Assembly: GCA_002269645.1 (NCBI GenBank)
Contig: NIVC01003655.1
Location: 21,181 to 85,180, forward strand
Source of the DNA: Macrostomum lignano
Lineage: Eukaryota
Length of the DNA: 64,000 bases
Direction: 5' to 3'
Shown: positions 59,718 through 64,000 of the stretch, piece by piece
How the letters are laid out: every line of letters begins with the position of its first letter
How positions within the stretch are numbered: the first letter of the stretch is position 1
Program-made: the position numbers and the translations under genes
Notes under the pieces: generated by a model
Databases searched by the model: none
The model's input: the letters and a program-made list of their open reading frames with translations, nothing else
What the model was told of the DNA's origin: nothing

Positions 59718-60867
59718 ACCTGTGTGTGCACAATAGCAACACAAAAAAGAGAACCTCCACAGTCGCAGTGTGAATAGCATTATTTTTCGGAACTTGCCAC
59801 TATATATTCTGTTTCCTAGCATACTGGGCAAAGTCCGTGTTGTCGAATTTCTGGAATTGTTTGAAGGCTTTTGCCCATCATCCAACCAGCCCCCACCTCT
59901 CCAGCTTCCAGCAGGTAGGCAAGCGGAGCCACAGTCGAGTGTCAGAAAGAGACAAACAGAGGGCTTAAGAAAAACACACATACATATACAAAAGCACTAC
60001 AGCAGGGTCAGCATTCAGTGTGAAAGTAATGTATTAATTTTGCGCCTATGCCTGATAACGCAGCAGACATAGAATTTACACACTAGTCCAAAGTCAATAT
60101 ACAAACACAAGTCAAGTGCATACTGTAGTACTGCATATACATATTCTTACACACTAGTACAATTAATATACTGCTAATACGATTTCTAGGCAATCAATTT
60201 GACCCAGCTGAAGCGTAGTAAGGCGGGACTAGATGAGGAACGAGATGGGGGAGAAGGGCAAGGAGAAGGTACTTACTTTGTCAGTCTGATCAATGTATTT
60301 AGAAATTAGCACTGATGCCCTAGCCTGACTGACAGAGAAAATGATAGACCAGAGGGGCGCCTTGAGAGAAAATGGATATGGGCGCGATCACATTAGGAAG
60401 GGATGAGAAGTGAGAGTAGAGATGACACGCAAGAGTAGAAGGAAGAAGTGAGTAGAGATGACACGCAAGAGTAGAGATGACAAGTGAGAGTAGAGATGAC
60501 ACGCAAGAGTAGAAGGGAGAACAGACATAAAAATACACCAACAGAGCGGCGAGCTCACCTTGCTGGGGTGCAGGTTAACGTAGACAGTGGCGCCGTTAGC
60601 TTTTTCCCGCTGGATTCGCTCCACATGGATGACGTATTTGGAGCGGTAGACGGCCACGACCTTGCCAGTCTGGCTGCCCTTGTGGTGACCCCGGACCAGC
60701 TGGACTTCGTCGTCCTTGCGAATCGGCATGGAGCGGACATTGTATTTGGAGCGCAGCTCCTTGGACAGGGGGGCGGACATCAGCTTGCGGCGAATGTGCG
60801 ACGGGGCGTTGAAATAGCGCTGCCGATTCTTGCGCTTCGAGCTGGTGACGTTCTTGTTGAACTTCAT
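58958..60867 (-). CDS. RPL26: 60S ribosomal protein L26 (uL24), 2 coding exons
   Basis: Exon 60559-60867 [39 protein letters not shown]...IRKDDEV...HPSK; exon 58958-59080 [20 protein letters not shown]...AEN*; GT-AG, phase 0. Confidence 0.96.
59105..59715. repeat. (TGTC)n-rich microsatellite in the RPL26 intron
   Basis: Direct inspection. Confidence 0.92.
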
Positions 60868-60914
60868 GATGACCTGCCTGCCTGCCGCTAGCTGAGCAGC
60901 GGGTGCACACAGAT

Positions 60915-62580
60915 TTTATGGGTGAATAGAGGGCGATTCTATGGGTGAATAGAGGGCGATTCTATGGGTGAATAGAGGGCGATTCTATGGGCGAATAGAG
61001 GGCGATTCTATGTGTGAGTAGAGGGCGATTCTATGATTGATTAGAGGGCGATTCTATGGGTGAGTAGAGGGCGATTCTATGATTGATTAGAGGGCGATTC
61101 TATGTGTGAGTAGAGGGCGATTCTATGATTGATTAGAGGGCGATTCTATGGGTGAGTAGAGGGCGATTCTATGATTGATTAGAGGGCGATTCTATGGGTG
61201 AGTAGAGGGCGATTCTATGATTGATTAGAGGGCGATTCTATGTGTGAGTAGAGGGCGATTCTATGATTGATTAGAGGGCGATTCTATGGGTGAGTAGAGG
61301 GCGATTCTATGATTGATTAGAGGGCGATTCTATGTGTGAGTAGAGGGCGATTCTATGATTGATTAGAGGGCGATTCTATGGGTGAATAGAGGGCGATTCT
61401 ATGGGCGAATAGAGGGCGATTCTATGGGCGAATAGAGGGCGATTCTATGATTGATTAGAGGGCGATTCTATGTGTGAGTAGAGGGCGATTCTATGATTGA
61501 TTAGAGGGCGATTCTATGTGTGAGTAGAGGGCGATTCTATGATTGATTAGAGGGCGATTCTATGGGTGAATAGAGGGCGATTCTATGGGTGAATAGAGGG
61601 CGATTCTATGGGTGAATAGAGGGCGATTCTATGTGTGAGTAGAGGGCGATTCTATGATTGATTAGAGGGCGATTCTATGTGTGAGTAGAGGGCGATTCTA
61701 TGATTGATTAGAGGGCGATTCTATGGGTGAGTAGAGGGCGATTCTATGATTGATTAGAGGGCGATTCTATGTGTGAGTAGAGGGCGATTCTATGATTGAT
61801 TAGAGGGCGATTCTATGGGTGAATAGAGGGCGATTCTATGGGTGAATAGAGGGCGATTCTATGATTGATTAGAGGCGATTCTATGGGTGAATAGAGGGCG
61901 ATTCTATGGGTGAATAGAGGGCGATTCTATGGGTGAATAGAGGGCGATTCTATGGGTGAATAGAGGGCGATTCTATGGGTGATTAGAGGGCGATTCTATG
62001 GGTGAATAGAGGGCGATTCTATGGGTGAATAGAGGGCGATTCTATGGGTGAATAGAGGGCGATTCTATGGGTGAATAGAGGGCGATTCTATGGGCGAATA
62101 GAGGCGATTCTATGGGTGAATAGAGGGCGATTCTATGGGTGAATAGAGGGCGATTCTATGGGCGAATAGAGGGCGATTCTATGGGTGAATAGAGGGCGAT
62201 TCTATGGGTGAATAGAGGGCGATTCTATGGGCGAATAGAGGGCGATTCTATGGGCGAATAGAGGGCGATTCTATGGGTGAATAGAGGGCGATTCTATGGA
62301 TGATTAGAGGGCGATTCTATGGGCGAATAGAGGGCGATTCTATGGGCGAATAGAGGGCGATTCTATGATTGATTAGAGGGCGATTCTATGTGTGAGTAGA
62401 GGGCGATTCTATGATTGATTAGAGGGCGATTCTATGGGTGAGTAGAGGGCGATTCTATGATTGATTAGAGGGCGATTCTATGGGCGAATAGAGGGCGATT
62501 CTTTGGGTAAATAAACGGCGATTCTATGGTGAATAGAGGGCGATTCTATGGGTGAATAGAGGGCGATTCTATGGTGAATA
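60915..62580. repeat. 23-bp minisatellite upstream of the RPL26 coding start
   Basis: ATAGAGGGCGATTCTATGGGTGA units; shares the core GAATCGCCCTC with the PLD intron 1 array. Confidence 0.93.
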
Positions 62581-63234
62581 GTGGGCAATTTAAAGTACAG
62601 TGAGATTATTATTTTTGGTGTTCCAAAACGACAAGAGGAGCAGTTCAAACACGTCAAACGCGCATTGGCATCAAAAACAATATATATTTGCATAGATTAA
62701 CAGTCTATATATAATCGACAATACAACCATACGGTACCTAATGAAAATGTTTCGCCTCGATCAGAAATCTCAGAAAAATTGACAAATATTGTAGCAACTT
62801 TAAACAACAGTAACACGCAAGAAAGGAACAGGTACACTGATCAAACAAAAGCAATTTCAAATTGAAGGAATTAAAAACATATTTAGGCAACGAAAGCAGT
62901 AAGTCACTGCATGCACAAGAGCAACTGGAGCCAAACCAAACACCCGCTGGTCTGAAATTCTGCTTTCGAGTATTGGGTGGCAACCAGGTAAGTAAATGAT
63001 TAATGAGTAAGTGTAATATTTGACAAGATTAGCCGTACATTAAACATGTATGACCCTGAATATAGATGGATGTGCAATCATTGGATTGACAATCAGTAAA
63101 TAAAAGCAAAACAAATGTCATTGCCAGCCACCGCAGAGTATTGGTGCAGAGGTTTAATACCACAGGAGAGTAAGGAGAACCGATTGAACTAAGCATGGGT
63201 AATTAACACTGCATCTGCAGTACTGTTCGATATA

Positions 63235-64000
63235 ATGCTTTTCAACACTCAATTTGATGCGTAAACACTCAATTTGATGCATAAAACACCTATTTGATTC
63301 TTGAACACCCATTTTGATTCTTAAACACCCAATTTGATGCATAAACACCCGATTTGATTCTTAAAACACCCAATTTGATTCTTAAACACCCATTTTGATT
63401 CTTAAACACCCAATTTGATGCATAAACACCGATTTGATTCTTAAACACCCAATTTGATTATTAAACACCCAATTTGATTCTTAAACACCCAATTTGATGC
63501 ATAACACCCAATTTGATTCTTAAACACCCAATTGATGCTTTTAAACACCCAATTTGATTCTTAAACACCCAATTTGATGCTTTTAAACACCCAATTTGAT
63601 TCTTAAACACCCAATTTGATGCTTTAAACACCCAATTTGATTCTTAAACACTCAATTGATGCATAAACACCCAATTTGATTCTTAAACACCCAATTTGAA
63701 TTCTTAAACACTCAATTTGATGCATAAACACCCAATTTGATTCTTTAAACACCCAATTTGATGCTTTTAAACACCCAATTTGATTCTTAAACACCCAATT
63801 TGATGCTTTTAAACACCCAATTTGATTCTTAAACACCCAATTTGATGCTTTTAAACACCCAATTTGATTCTTAAACACTCAATTTGATGCATAAAACCCA
63901 ATTTGATTCTTAAACACCCATTTTGATTCTTAAACACTCAATTTGATGCATAAACACCCAATTTGATTCTTAAAACACTCAATTTGATGCTTAAACAACC
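63235..64000. repeat. ~20-bp minisatellite running off the window end
   Basis: AAACACCCAATTTGATTCTT units. Confidence 0.92.

Overview
Eukaryotic (metazoan) genomic DNA with GC-rich exons and AT-rich introns and intergenic spacers packed with locus-specific minisatellites. This architecture resembles a flatworm such as Macrostomum, which is an inference only. Five host genes can be assembled exon by exon with phase-consistent GT-AG introns: a PX-PH-HKD phospholipase D (+, 6653-15699), a WS/DGAT-family acyltransferase-like gene (+, 23753-30876), spermine synthase (-, 47018-50266), a divergent P2X receptor (+, 52724-54770) and RPL26 (-, 58958-60867). The rest is mobile DNA and tandem repeats: two non-LTR relics, a mariner relic, two hAT-type MITEs, two copies of a tRNA-headed SINE and about 25 tandem arrays. 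The most unusual region is 33.5-40.9 kb, a four-level nest. A Chapaev-like DDE element with ~510-bp TIRs has a TA-flanked Tc1/IS630-type element inserted inside its left TIR. That Tc1 shell has lost its catalytic core but carries a near-intact Crypton/DUF3504-type tyrosine recombinase unit. The unit sits between two 78-bp direct copies of the shell's own TIR segment, with a third copy inverted at the right end. A 699-bp foldback element with a 6-bp flanking duplication lies inside the recombinase unit. This geometry looks like site-specific integration of a recombinase circle into a transposon TIR, or a composite Tc1+YR element. All coordinates and alignments were read by eye; no database searches were run.
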